A DNA stretch of 64,000 bases from Lachnospiraceae bacterium (GCA_017450485.1 JAFSTN010000044.1:72792-136791), one strand, 5' to 3'. Numbered from the stretch's first letter, positions 35,129 through 45,244 are shown. Made by a program: numbers and translations. Notes: generated by a model from the letters alone, not told the origin.

Positions 35129-38100
35129 TTAATAACGTATGTTCATATCTACATTACCGCTTATACCGGCGACTGAGCCTTTAGATGTGTACTGCCAGTA
35201 GTCGTAACGGGTGGCGGTGTAGGTCGGTGAGGCCGCATACTGTGCGAGCCAGATCTTGTATCCCGTGAGCTGTGAAGCGTTCATATAGCTGGTAAACCAC
35301 GTCTTATTCGCATATATACCGGCCCCGAATCCGGAGTTGCGTACCGTATTGCAGAACGCTTTACATACCGCTGTTCTGGTGCCTGCGTCGATCGCATCTC
35401 CACGGCCTCCGGAGTGCTCCACATCGAGGAATATCGGCAGACTTAAACCGTATCCGCTGCAGAGCCCGATCGCCATGGACGCTTCCTCGACGGCTTCGAC
35501 TTCATTCGTCGCCTGGGTGAAGAAGTAAGCTCCCACTGCCAGACCTGCTGCTTTTGCACCCTGGATATTGGATCTGAACTTCGGATCCTCGATCAGGGCT
35601 CCGGTGGTCGAGCCTCTGTATCCGCATCTGATGATGACATAGGATACACCCGAATTGCGTACGGCATTCCAGTCGATATTGCCGTTCCACTTGGACACAT
35701 CTATTCCCATAGTACCACTGCCCGCCTGCAGATGTCCATCTGATGAGAAAGTATACTTCGCTCCCTGGATCACCTGCTCACCGGTCACGTAATTACCGTT
35801 CTTATCAAAGAAATATGTCGAACCGTTCAGCGTCTGCCATCCGGTGTATTTGTAAACGGCATCGCCGTCTCCGCCTTCGATATAGAACCCGACAGCAGAC
35901 TCATAATCAGCCACGGTCGCTTCAACATATTTACCGTCAGAAGTCTTGATATAAACCTGCCTTCCCGAAGAATCCTTAAGTTTCGCTTTCGGATCGGCAG
36001 CTGCAGTTACCGTAACGGATACTGTCGCTTTCTTGGAAGTATCTGCCTTTAATGTGGCAGTGACCGTTGCAGATCCGGCTTTTACGCCCTTTATATTTCC
36101 GTTCCCGTCCACTGTGGCGATGTTCGCATCGCTTGATGCCCACGTCACACTCTTATCGGTCACGCCGGATACAGTGGCGGTAACCTTGGATGAAGCCCCC
36201 ACCTTGATCGATACGGAAGTGGGGTTGAGAGTTATATTTGCCACATTCTTATCTGCTACCGTAACCGTACAGGAAGCACTCTTGGATGTATCGGCGGTAC
36301 TTGTTGCGGTGATGGTGGCTGTACCGGCTTTCTTGGCACTCAGGCTGCCGCCGGATACCGTTACAACATTACTGTCCGATGAAGTCCAGTTAACCGCAGA
36401 TGTGGTAGAGTTATCGGACATTTTAACTGCAGCCGTCAGCGATGATGTGTCTCCGACGGTCAGACTCAGAGTCTTCGGAGATACATCCACTGATGAAACC
36501 GTTACACTTACGGGAGGCGGATCAGGAGTGCTGACCGCTCTTACGGTAACAGTACATGATGCGCTCTTTGAAGTATCGGCTACACTTTTTGCCGTGATAA
36601 CGGCCGTTCCGGCAGATATAGCTGTAACAGTTCCGCCGGATACAGTGGCCACACTTGTGTTTCCGCTGTCCCAGGTCACATCTTTATTATCTGTTCCGCT
36701 TACCGTTGCACTCAGGCTTCCGGTTTTACCTTCTTCCAATTCCAGGCTCGTCGGAGATACCGATATTTCCACGGATGCGGGAGGATCAGTATTAGACGAC
36801 TGTCCGCCGCTGTTTTCAGATCCCGACGACGGGTCTGTCGAAGTGCCCGCAGAGGGATCGGTCGGAGTATCTGTCGCAGGTGTTCCCAGCTGGTCTGCCG
36901 GGGTATCTGTCGGTGTGTCCGGTGTTGTATTTGTATTCTCGGTTCCCGCATAAGCCAATGTCCTGTAGAAAGATGTTGCAGTCACACCTCTCGCCTGTTT
37001 CATATAACCGACAACCAGACCGCTCTTATTGGGATCCGGGATGGAGCTCTTGTCGATGGCCTTATAGCCTTTCTCGCTTCCGCTGACCAGGGTTTTGCTC
37101 GATTCTACCCACTCAACCGTATCCTTCAGCGAAGATTCGATGGCGGTATCCTGTACTGCGGTATCCTCTTTGGCTACGTTTACTTCGGCCTCGGTCTTCA
37201 CCTCATCGGCCACGTCAACTTTCTTGTATGCGATCGTATCGGTAACCTTGACGCCTTTGACATCTGCCGGCATCACATAATCCTCATACTCGGGACCTTC
37301 AAGAGGTTTCATCGATACATTATATGTTCCGTTCGGAACCTCGGTATGATACATCAGGCCGTCTTTATTCTCATCGGACCAGTTGTATTCCTTACCGGAG
37401 TCACTGGTCACGGTCACCTCGAAAGGAATACCGCTGATCAGCTTATCTGTCGACTTGTTGGCAAACTTGATCTTTAAGTCGGACTGTACGGAGGAAACCT
37501 TCATCACGATCGTAACAGTCTTATCTTCGATCACGATCTCCTCGGGCTCCTCAACTTCCTCAACAACATCTTCAACATCTTCTTGCACTGCGGAATAACC
37601 CGCACGGGCAGCCACGACAGCGTTCAAACCGCTTTCGCCGATCACATATATGCCATCGGTAGAAGCTCCCACCGTATCAAAAGATGCTACCTGCTTCTTG
37701 ACAGTCTGAGCGTTGGCAAATATCACGCCGGTCACGATCGCTGTTATGAGTACACATACACCGGTCACGACGATCAGCCTGTCGCCCATTGACATATTTG
37801 AGAAAAAGCCTGCAGACTTAGCTTTCTTTTCGTATGCATCTGCCTTCTTTTCATATGCTCTGGCAGATTTAGCGGACTTGGCAGCAGACTTGGCATATTG
37901 GGCTTTTGCCTTGGCGTTCTTCGCATTCTTTGCCGCAGACCTGGCATTCGCCTTTGCGCTTCGAGCGGATGATCCGGCTTTTGCCTTGGCGGATCCGGCG
38001 GATCTTTCCTTATGTACCTTAGGCTTGGCTGCACGCCCCCCGTCCGTCCTGTGATACAGCTCCTCGGCCACGGCTGCAGCCTCAAGTTCGGCAGTTTCGG

Positions 38101-38836
38101 ACATGCTGTAGAAATCGAAGTCTTCATCTTCGTCTACAGGCTCCTCATCTTCATAGGAAGCCATCTCACTGTATGCCCTGTATGAATCGTCAATATCGGA
38201 ATCCTCGTCATACCGGTCATCGGCATATCGGTCATCGGAGGAAGTTCCGCGTATATCTTCGTCAGCCCCGCCTATCACACTTTCTTCTGCCAGGGCGCGT
38301 TCTGTCTCCGCCAGTATCGCAGCGGATATATTCATGGTCTCGGAGCCGATCTCATGAGGCTCGTCCGGCTCGGAATCGGACGCATAATCGGCTGCGTCCG
38401 GCTCAGCATCGAATTCAGTCACAGTCGCGGTCGCATACGATTCATCAGCGGTCACGTTCGTCCCGGCATCATCCACCGTGGCATCCGCGTCACCGTCGAG
38501 CTCGCCATCCACGCTCATCTCGGCAGCCAGCGAAGCCATCTCGGCTTCCACTATCTCTGCGGCGATGATCTCCGTACGCTCACCTACGCGAGGTTTCCCG
38601 GACGGCTCATCCTCGATGTCGGCTGAATCCCATCCGGCTGTCTCATCCTCAACAGCTACCACATCCCACTCAGAGGTATACTCCTCATCGAACTCTACAT
38701 CCGCCTCTTCATCATCCTCGGCAGCGCCGAACAGGAATTCGTCACGTCCGTACTCGGCTTCCTGCCTTTTATGTCTTTCTTCGACCCTCTTTTCAAACCT
38801 GCTCAGTTTCGAGGGTTTGTTCATACTTTTTTTCAT
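35129..38836 (-). CDS. Large surface protein: cytoplasmic acidic/basic disordered region, TM, beta-sandwich spacer, three Big_2 Ig-like domains, cell-wall-binding repeats, C-terminal GH25 muramidase
   Basis: 1235 aa. Residues ~1-345 are D/E-rich then K/A-rich, and a TM lies near 350-372. There are three Big_2-like repeats (...VTWDSGNTSVATVSGGTVTAISAGTAVITA...). A CW_binding-type repeat is present (GWQTLNGSTYFFDKNGNYVTG). The GH25 domain reads GIDVSKWNGNIDWNAVRNSGVSYVIIRCGYRG, FLDVEH, YDYWQYTSKGSVAGISGNVDMN. Confidence 0.85.
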   Translation of the reverse strand: MKKSMNKPSKLSRFEKRVEERHKRQEAEYGRDEFLFGAAEDDEEADVEFDEEYTSEWDVVAVEDETAGWDSADIEDEPSGKPRVGERTEIIAAEIVEAEMASLAAEMSVDGELDGDADATVDDAGTNVTADESYATATVTEFDAEPDAADYASDSEPDEPHEIGSETMNISAAILAETERALAEESVIGGADEDIRGTSSDDRYADDRYDEDSDIDDSYRAYSEMASYEDEEPVDEDEDFDFYSMSETAELEAAAVAEELYHRTDGGRAAKPKVHKERSAGSAKAKAGSSARSAKANARSAAKNAKNAKAKAQYAKSAAKSAKSARAYEKKADAYEKKAKSAGFFSNMSMGDRLIVVTGVCVLITAIVTGVIFANAQTVKKQVASFDTVGASTDGIYVIGESGLNAVVAARAGYSAVQEDVEDVVEEVEEPEEIVIEDKTVTIVMKVSSVQSDLKIKFANKSTDKLISGIPFEVTVTSDSGKEYNWSDENKDGLMYHTEVPNGTYNVSMKPLEGPEYEDYVMPADVKGVKVTDTIAYKKVDVADEVKTEAEVNVAKEDTAVQDTAIESSLKDTVEWVESSKTLVSGSEKGYKAIDKSSIPDPNKSGLVVGYMKQARGVTATSFYRTLAYAGTENTNTTPDTPTDTPADQLGTPATDTPTDPSAGTSTDPSSGSENSGGQSSNTDPPASVEISVSPTSLELEEGKTGSLSATVSGTDNKDVTWDSGNTSVATVSGGTVTAISAGTAVITAKSVADTSKSASCTVTVRAVSTPDPPPVSVTVSSVDVSPKTLSLTVGDTSSLTAAVKMSDNSTTSAVNWTSSDSNVVTVSGGSLSAKKAGTATITATSTADTSKSASCTVTVADKNVANITLNPTSVSIKVGASSKVTATVSGVTDKSVTWASSDANIATVDGNGNIKGVKAGSATVTATLKADTSKKATVSVTVTAAADPKAKLKDSSGRQVYIKTSDGKYVEATVADYESAVGFYIEGGDGDAVYKYTGWQTLNGSTYFFDKNGNYVTGEQVIQGAKYTFSSDGHLQAGSGTMGIDVSKWNGNIDWNAVRNSGVSYVIIRCGYRGSTTGALIEDPKFRSNIQGAKAAGLAVGAYFFTQATNEVEAVEEASMAIGLCSGYGLSLPIFLDVEHSGGRGDAIDAGTRTAVCKAFCNTVRNSGFGAGIYANKTWFTSYMNASQLTGYKIWLAQYAASPTYTATRYDYWQYTSKGSVAGISGNVDMNIRY

Positions 38837-38842
38837 AACACT

Positions 38843-39886
38843 TTATTTATCCTGCGGATACTTATTGATCGCATACGCGATACGCTGAGCCAGAGCCTTT
38901 CTGCCCTCGTCGGTCAGGCGTATATAATCCGCCTCACGGCTCAAGTCCACATATTTTGAATAGTTATCCTGATTAATGGTTCCATAGAAATTGTCCAGGA
39001 ACGACACCGAAAGCTCCGTACATGTATTCAGCTCGTTATAGAAGTAGTTGGAAAGAGTACCATTTCCGGAGTCAACCTTGTCCGGGTCATATGCTTTGCC
39101 TTCAGCATCCACTCCATCTGTGTAGAAAATACTGGACACGATGATCCTGACATACGGATAAGCCTGTTTGATCCTGCGGATAGAGTAATTCAGCGAACCG
39201 ACTATCGTACATCTTTCCTCATCATCCTTAGGATTCTCTATGGCTCTGCCCTCAAAGTAATCCGACGGATCATACATGATCACGATCACATCCAGTTTCT
39301 CATAATCGACATTCTTCAATACTTTAACGGATTCCTGAGTGAAATTGCCGTCTGCATGGTATTTGTCGGTCACACGGTCTATCTCCGAAAAGTCGCCCGT
39401 GCATATCGCATCGGCCAGATACGTCAGCGAATATATATCATCGGGGTAGTTCTGCTCGATCATGGCCAGATTTCTGGTGGCCAGCGTCGGGTACGGAAAA
39501 GCTGCATTATACACGGTCACGCCCGCGGCATCGGCTATCATCCGGTCCAGCGCCTGCTCATCATTCCGCGACATCGCCAGATCACCGTTACCCAGCAGAA
39601 GGACCGTAGTCTCGTCATCAAAGTCATGTCCCGCATAATCATCGGGAGCCATAGGGATAAGTTCATCCAACACTTCTATGTCAAACATAGATGTGTCCTC
39701 ATTGGGATCCAGTGAGATCCTTTCTCCCCTGTTCCAACGTATCAGTTCATATGCGGAAATACCCAGCACCAGAACGATCGCAGCGATAAGGATCATATGG
39801 ATGTTTATTCTGAAACCCTTTTTCGCGGGCTCGTCCGTTTCCTCCTCAGAGGTAATATTCTCTTGTTCAAATTCAGTATTGCTCAT
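38843..39886 (-). CDS. Membrane-anchored SGNH-like protein with degenerate catalytic motifs
   Basis: 347 aa with an N-terminal TM anchor. SGNH-like blocks are recognisable, but block I reads LLLGNGDL (no Ser) and block V reads DYIRLTDEG (Arg where His is expected). Confidence 0.4.
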   Translation of the reverse strand: MSNTEFEQENITSEEETDEPAKKGFRINIHMILIAAIVLVLGISAYELIRWNRGERISLDPNEDTSMFDIEVLDELIPMAPDDYAGHDFDDETTVLLLGNGDLAMSRNDEQALDRMIADAAGVTVYNAAFPYPTLATRNLAMIEQNYPDDIYSLTYLADAICTGDFSEIDRVTDKYHADGNFTQESVKVLKNVDYEKLDVIVIMYDPSDYFEGRAIENPKDDEERCTIVGSLNYSIRRIKQAYPYVRIIVSSIFYTDGVDAEGKAYDPDKVDSGNGTLSNYFYNELNTCTELSVSFLDNFYGTINQDNYSKYVDLSREADYIRLTDEGRKALAQRIAYAINKYPQDK

Positions 39887-39922
39887 AAGTAGTAGTCTCC
39901 GTCAATCTTTCGGCATGTCCGC

Positions 39923-40951
39923 TCACAGCTTGTAATACTCTCGGTACCAGTCAGCGAAACGCTCCAATCCCTCCGCCAGAGGGGTCGCCGGTCTGAAGTC
40001 GAAATCACGCATCAGATCATCCACATCGGCATACGTCTGATACACATCTCCGGGCTGCATCGGCAGATACTCACGCACAGCCTTCATCCCCAGCTTTTCC
40101 TCAAGGATATTGATGAAATCCAAAAGCTTCTCCGGGGTATTATTGCCGATGTTATATACCTTGAAAGGCGCATCCGCATCGCTTGCATCCCCTGCGGACG
40201 GCGGGTTGCACAGCATGCGCTCCAAGCCTGTCACGATGTCATCCACATAGGTGAAGTCTCGCATCATGTCACCATTGTTATATATCTGGATAGGTTCGCC
40301 TCTGCGCATCTTATCGGCGAACTTGAAGTACGCCATATCCGGCCGGCCGTACGGACCGTATACGGTGAAAAAGCGCACCCCGGTCATCGGTATGCCATAC
40401 AGGTGCGAGTATGCATAACCCATCAGCTCGTTAGACTTCTTGGTCGCAGCGTACAGACTGATCGGATGATCCACGGGATCGCTCACCGAGAAAGGAGTCT
40501 TACGCTGATTACCATATACTGAGGATGAGGATGCATATACCAGATGCTTCACGCCCTCACGCTCATCATAGCTGTGCCTGCAGGCTTCCAGTATATTGAA
40601 AAAGCCGACCAGATTGCTGTCGATGTAGCTCGCCGGATTATCTATCGAATATCTCACACCGGCCTGGGCAGCCAGATTCACGACTATGTCGGGACGCCAG
40701 TCCTCGAATACGTTATTTACCAGTTTCGCATCCGATATGGAGCCCCTGACAAAAGAAAACCTCTCGTAGGTCTCAAGTATCGCCAGGCGTGATTCCTTCA
40801 GGCCAACGTCATAGTAGTCGTTCATGTTGTCGAGTCCGACTACGACAGCCCCCTCGGAGAGCAGCAGTTTCGATAAGTGAAACCCTATGAAACCGGCCGC
40901 TCCGGTGACCAGTATGATGTTGTCCGGATTAAACGGATTATATGTCGACAT
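39923..40951 (-). CDS. NAD-dependent nucleotide-sugar epimerase (UDP-glucuronate 4-epimerase-like)
   Basis: ILVTGAAGFIGFHLSKLLL, GLDNMNDYYDVGLKESRL, ASSSSVYG and YAATKK follow the pattern typical of CapI/LpsL-type UDP-GlcA epimerases. Confidence 0.75.
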   Translation of the reverse strand: MSTYNPFNPDNIILVTGAAGFIGFHLSKLLLSEGAVVVGLDNMNDYYDVGLKESRLAILETYERFSFVRGSISDAKLVNNVFEDWRPDIVVNLAAQAGVRYSIDNPASYIDSNLVGFFNILEACRHSYDEREGVKHLVYASSSSVYGNQRKTPFSVSDPVDHPISLYAATKKSNELMGYAYSHLYGIPMTGVRFFTVYGPYGRPDMAYFKFADKMRRGEPIQIYNNGDMMRDFTYVDDIVTGLERMLCNPPSAGDASDADAPFKVYNIGNNTPEKLLDFINILEEKLGMKAVREYLPMQPGDVYQTYADVDDLMRDFDFRPATPLAEGLERFADWYREYYKL

Positions 40952-41015
40952 TTATCTTCTCCATACGCTTTTGGGCGCCAAACATACTCTTTCCAGTTTA
41001 CCACATGGCCGCATC

Positions 41016-42191
41016 TTACTCAAATACAAAGAAATCCCCGGTCTCGATGCGGTGATCTATCTCCTCAACCGCTGCCGGGTATTCGGCCAGCCACAGCGCA
41101 TAAGCCTCGTCCCAGGTGCGGTCATCACCTGTAACGGAATCGGCAGCCATTGCAGCTTCAGCGGATCCTGAGCCGGATCCGGTCCGGCCGCCTGCTCTGT
41201 GGTCGGGCAGATCATAGTGTGACCTCAGATACTCTCCGAGAAATACGGTACACTTCTGCGCTCCGACGGCATTGGTATGAACTCCGTAGTCACTGAAGTC
41301 ACGTGAGAAATCCAAACCCATCTCATCATAATACTGATTCATATCCAGATAATCATATCCCGCGGCCTCTACCACCTCTCTGATATGCGCATATTTCTCT
41401 GCGTCATCTTCTTTCTGCTCATAAGGAGAAACATAGAAAAGCGCATGAGCATCGATCTCATCGAGATATGCCAGCAGGTCGGTAAGCGCCTGCTCCTGAT
41501 ATGACTCGAGCTCCATAGGCACTGCATCGGCCGGAGCATACGGGGTATCAACGGGGCCAACCTGTCCCGTGATCTTATATCCCTTATGCGGGTCAGGATA
41601 TGTCAGGTCCCATCCCCTCCACTGATCGGGATCCGCCAGTGCGGGCCAATTTGAATGATACTTGAAGATGTCGAAATAATACGTATATTTCGAAGTATCT
41701 TCAGCCAGTGGATTCAAATGATCGGTCAGTGAAGCATTGATCAGGGCTACACGATCAGGCGAATACTTTATATTGTCCGTAACCTCACGCGTGTACGCCA
41801 TGTTGTTGGTGAGGCCGATCTCCAGTCCGACATACATACGCATTTCGAACATATAGAGTGCAGGTGACTGCGTCTTCTCCGCCTCTTTCACCAGATACAT
41901 GCCTGCAACGGGACGCTGGACATTGCTGGCCAGAGGGTATGCCTTGATACCATACTCGCCGTAGAGTTCAGGTGTCACGCAGCACGAATAGGTCGGACTC
42001 GAGCCTATCATCACGATATCAAGCGAGTTCTCAGGCTCCGCATAGAATCCCATGAAGCGTGTCTTCGTATCGCCCGCAGGCCGCAGTATATACGACAGCG
42101 GGACGAGCACAATGAGAAAGATGACTGCGAAGACAGCCGCGGAGATCATTGGGCGTATGAGGTTGTGAGGTTTATTTGTTCCTGTCATCAA
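41016..42191 (-). CDS. DltD-like membrane-anchored SGNH acyltransferase/esterase
   Basis: 391 aa with an N-terminal TM anchor. Block I is IVMIGSSPTY (GSS as in DltD) and block V is DYGVHTNAVG (DxxH). It lies directly downstream of the MBOAT gene. Confidence 0.6.
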   Translation of the reverse strand: MMTGTNKPHNLIRPMISAAVFAVIFLIVLVPLSYILRPAGDTKTRFMGFYAEPENSLDIVMIGSSPTYSCCVTPELYGEYGIKAYPLASNVQRPVAGMYLVKEAEKTQSPALYMFEMRMYVGLEIGLTNNMAYTREVTDNIKYSPDRVALINASLTDHLNPLAEDTSKYTYYFDIFKYHSNWPALADPDQWRGWDLTYPDPHKGYKITGQVGPVDTPYAPADAVPMELESYQEQALTDLLAYLDEIDAHALFYVSPYEQKEDDAEKYAHIREVVEAAGYDYLDMNQYYDEMGLDFSRDFSDYGVHTNAVGAQKCTVFLGEYLRSHYDLPDHRAGGRTGSGSGSAEAAMAADSVTGDDRTWDEAYALWLAEYPAAVEEIDHRIETGDFFVFE

Positions 42192-42218
42192 TTCGACTCC
42201 GAATCTGTGGATATACCT

Positions 42219-43793
42219 CTAAAATCCCTGATATATAAATTCTGCCGCGCTGTAGCCCGGGCCGTACCGGCCGAGCAGGATCACGTAGAACAGCAGCGCA
42301 AACCATATGATAAATCTGAGCACGACCGGACGGGTTGCAATGGCGTCGCGTATGTCGCTCTTAGTCCTGTTCTTATAAACATCAACCGCAAACAGGATGA
42401 TCAGACTCACTATCGCGATAATGATGTCGGCATAAGTAAGGCCGAGCACACTCACATCGTTCATAATACGCATGCCCTGCTCGGAAAAACCAGATATCAG
42501 GGCACCGATCACAGTCCCCGATGCCACACTTTTAAATCCGCATCCGAGCAGCGTGACAGCATCGCCTACGGACGACGCGCGGAAGAAAGCCATCGACAAT
42601 GCAAAAAGCAGAAACGTACGGATTATGCGTACTGCTTCAAGTAAACGATTGGCAGGGTTTACACCCATCCGCTCCCACAGTTTCTTAAAGGGCTCGTCCA
42701 GAGTCTCCTCAAGCACGATATAAACCCATTGCAGGAGTCCCGATCCTATCACGAATGTCATATTGGCTCCGTGCCACAGTCCGATCGTAAACCAAAGCAC
42801 CAGCATGGCGATATATGTGGAGATACGTTTCGCACGCTTCTTTGCTTTCTTATCTTTCCCGTCAGAAAGGCGATTCTGCAGTGCGGTATGCACCCGTGAC
42901 CTCAGCAGCGGATAGAAGACATACTCCTTGAACCATACGCCGAGAGTCATATGCCAGCGGCGCCATAATTCTGCGATGGAGCGGGAGAAAAAAGGCATAT
43001 CAAAGTTCTCGGGCAAGCGTATACCCAGACACTGCGACAGGCCCAGCACAATATCCATAAGACCGGAGAAATCCGCATACAACTGTATCGTAAAGCACAC
43101 AACAGCCAGCCACACATACCTGCCGGAATAAGTCAGGGGATCGTCATATACGGTCGCAACGATCACTCCGAGGCGCTCCGCGATAACAAGTTTCTTGAAG
43201 AATCCCCACAACATCCGCTGCATACCGCGCGCAACAGCTTCAGGATCAAACTCGTGCTCAGCATAGAATGACTGCGACACGAGACGATACTGCAGGATCG
43301 GGCCGGAGACAAGAGTCGGCGCGTACATTCCGAAAGCCATGAAGCGAAGCAGATTGGTTTCCGGAACCGCAATGCCGTTATAGACATCTGTCAAATAACT
43401 GATCAGGGTGAAAGTGTAATAAGACAGACCGAGCGGAACGAGCAGGCCTGAGAGGGACTCACTCGCATCCTCATTCACCAGTCCGACTGCGAATCTCAGA
43501 TACTTAAGGATCACCAGGATCACAATAAGTGCAACGATACCGGTCACGAGGCACGCACGACGCTTAATACTATATCCATCAAATCGCACAATAAGCCGCG
43601 CCATCGCATATATCAATACGGAACTGAGCACAGGGTACAGCGCCAGTACAGGGTGATCGCCTGCCAGGCAGAATGCGATACTGCCAACGAGAATTACGCC
43701 CCACTGAAGCTTACGCGGGGCGAGATAATACAGGATCAGGACTATAGAAAAGAATATAAGAAAATAAAAATCCGTAAGGTTCATAGTTAACAT
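42219..43793 (-). CDS. MBOAT-family membrane O-acyltransferase (DltB/AlgI/PatA-like)
   Basis: 524 aa and polytopic. The conserved segment AELWRRWHMTLGVWFKEYVFYPL contains the MBOAT histidine region. Confidence 0.85.
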   Translation of the reverse strand: MLTMNLTDFYFLIFFSIVLILYYLAPRKLQWGVILVGSIAFCLAGDHPVLALYPVLSSVLIYAMARLIVRFDGYSIKRRACLVTGIVALIVILVILKYLRFAVGLVNEDASESLSGLLVPLGLSYYTFTLISYLTDVYNGIAVPETNLLRFMAFGMYAPTLVSGPILQYRLVSQSFYAEHEFDPEAVARGMQRMLWGFFKKLVIAERLGVIVATVYDDPLTYSGRYVWLAVVCFTIQLYADFSGLMDIVLGLSQCLGIRLPENFDMPFFSRSIAELWRRWHMTLGVWFKEYVFYPLLRSRVHTALQNRLSDGKDKKAKKRAKRISTYIAMLVLWFTIGLWHGANMTFVIGSGLLQWVYIVLEETLDEPFKKLWERMGVNPANRLLEAVRIIRTFLLFALSMAFFRASSVGDAVTLLGCGFKSVASGTVIGALISGFSEQGMRIMNDVSVLGLTYADIIIAIVSLIILFAVDVYKNRTKSDIRDAIATRPVVLRFIIWFALLFYVILLGRYGPGYSAAEFIYQGF

Positions 43794-43828
43794 GAATGCC
43801 CGGTGCTATCTGAAAAGATCGTTCAGCA

Positions 43829-44557
43829 TTATACAATAAGGATATTCTCACCGTCTCCAGCGCCCTCATCAAGCAGAAGATGTTCGATATGCGGCACCAC
43901 GTCCAAAGTTTCCAAAAGCTTTCCACCTGATCTGTTACCGGCATACTGCTCTATCATCAGGTGTGACAGTCCCGAGATATATCTCGTATCCATCATATCG
44001 GGAGATACGGCATTTATATGCACGCCCGTACCGGCATATTCGGATGCAAGGCTCTTCATCAGACCAAGAAGCGCATATTTCACTGTGACGTATGCACTCT
44101 GGAATTCCGGAACATCGCCCTCAGTCACCGAAGAAAGCACAAATACGACACGTCCGTTTCGATTCTTTTTCATGTCGGGCAGAAAAGCCTGCAACGGCAT
44201 GACAGTTGAGCGGATGGCCAGCAGCATGGAGGCCTCGAAATCCTCCTCATCTGTCTTCACGAACTTTTTCACCGCATACGGTGCCATGGGAATGTGGACG
44301 ATGTGGTCGGGTATGGCAGCACCCGAAGCCGCTCCGGCACTCCGGCGAACAGTATCGATCAATTCCTCAATGTCTTCTTTATCCGACAGATCGGCATGTA
44401 CAGGGCGGATGCGTCCGTCATGCTTCCGCACAAGTGCTTCAAGGTTCTCATTCATGGTGCGATAGGTCGCCCAGATCGTTTCATATCTCTCTGCCACACT
44501 GTCGATCAGTGCACAGCCCAGATCCGAGGATGCTCCCAACACCAGAAGAACACTCAT
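43829..44557 (-). CDS. Short-chain dehydrogenase/reductase (ketoreductase-like)
   Basis: LVLGASSDLG (Rossmann) and S...YVTVKYAL (YxxxK) are present. Start taken at ATG 44557, which has SD AGGAG 7 nt upstream and forms an ATGA overlap with the MaoC stop. Confidence 0.8.
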   Translation of the reverse strand: MSVLLVLGASSDLGCALIDSVAERYETIWATYRTMNENLEALVRKHDGRIRPVHADLSDKEDIEELIDTVRRSAGAASGAAIPDHIVHIPMAPYAVKKFVKTDEEDFEASMLLAIRSTVMPLQAFLPDMKKNRNGRVVFVLSSVTEGDVPEFQSAYVTVKYALLGLMKSLASEYAGTGVHINAVSPDMMDTRYISGLSHLMIEQYAGNRSGGKLLETLDVVPHIEHLLLDEGAGDGENILIV

Positions 44558-44985
44558 GCCATCACTCCTATCTCCATCCTGCCACGGCATACTTTATCAC
44601 CGTGCTGATTACGAATGGCTGTTTTCAGTGTGAAGAATCTGTATTCGTCATTCACATCGGTCACTTCACCGGTCACGGTCAGCTCATCGCCGATCATCAC
44701 CGGCTTCGGGAACTTCACTTCCACGCTGCGGATCAGACTGTACCGCCCCGGCAGATATACACCGGCCAGAGTCGACAGAAAAGAGGACGTCAGCATCCCA
44801 TATGCCACACGCGCATCAAAACCCTGCTCGTGTGCGTACGCTTCATCATTATGCAGGGGATTGATATCCCCCGTGATATCACGGAAGCTGCTCATCATCT
44901 CCTCGGTAACCGTTACCGAGAAACTCTCCGTCATCCCGATATGTATATCTTCATACTTGTATTCGTTCATAACTCCGCAGATCAC
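44554..44985 (-). CDS. MaoC-like (R)-specific dehydratase, hotdog fold
   Basis: 143 aa. FRDITGDINPLHNDEAYA is the MaoC hydratase motif. The GTG start overlaps the ACP stop (GTGA); an ATG at 44970 is an alternative. Confidence 0.8.
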   Translation of the reverse strand: MICGVMNEYKYEDIHIGMTESFSVTVTEEMMSSFRDITGDINPLHNDEAYAHEQGFDARVAYGMLTSSFLSTLAGVYLPGRYSLIRSVEVKFPKPVMIGDELTVTGEVTDVNDEYRFFTLKTAIRNQHGDKVCRGRMEIGVMA

Positions 44986-45221
44986 ACCATCGACTCGATC
45001 AGGTCGACCATCTCACCGACGTTCTTAAGCGTCACGATCTGACCCATGTTGAACTTCACACCGAACTGCTGCTCTACGGCAGCCAGCAGATTGATGTGCT
45101 CCAGAGAATCCCAGTCCTCGATATCATCAGCTGTGGTCTCATCCGTAACAACGATAGATTCATCATCAAATACGTCACGGAATACTTCGTTCAGTTCTTC
45201 AAATATTTCTTCTCTTGTCAT
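44982..45221 (-). CDS. Acyl carrier protein
   Basis: 79 aa from ATG 45221 (MTREEIFEELNEVF...). The phosphopantetheine site motif is DWDSLEHINLL. The track ORF is extended upstream into the FkbH gene end. Confidence 0.85.
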   Translation of the reverse strand: MTREEIFEELNEVFRDVFDDESIVVTDETTADDIEDWDSLEHINLLAAVEQQFGVKFNMGQIVTLKNVGEMVDLIESMV

Positions 45222-45244
45222 GCCCTGTCCTTTCCAATACCATA

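Noticed and set aside
36033-36953. 306-aa plus-strand ORF (V/A/T/S-rich)
   Set aside because: It is antisense to the Big_2 repeat region of the 1235-aa surface protein. Its repetitive composition mirrors the sense-strand repeats. It is a shadow ORF.
37790-38010. K/A-rich coding stretch considered as a DNA tandem repeat or CRISPR-like array
   Set aside because: It is an imperfect, irregular repetition that stays in frame within the surface-protein ORF. No constant repeat/spacer periodicity is present. It is low-complexity coding sequence.
39923-40951. Assigning this epimerase/dehydratase-fold gene as rmlD (dTDP-4-dehydrorhamnose reductase)
   Set aside because: At 342 aa it carries motifs (GLDNMNDYYDVGLKESRL, ASSSSVYG, YAATKK) that fit UDP-glucuronate 4-epimerase-type enzymes better than the shorter RmlD family.
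44206-45042. 278-aa plus-strand ORF, together with similar long antisense ORFs at 17463-18212, 19240-19920, 28726-29472 and 51765-52457
   Set aside because: Each lies fully inside a minus-strand gene with clear family motifs. None has a start context or recognisable domain. They are treated as antisense artefacts.
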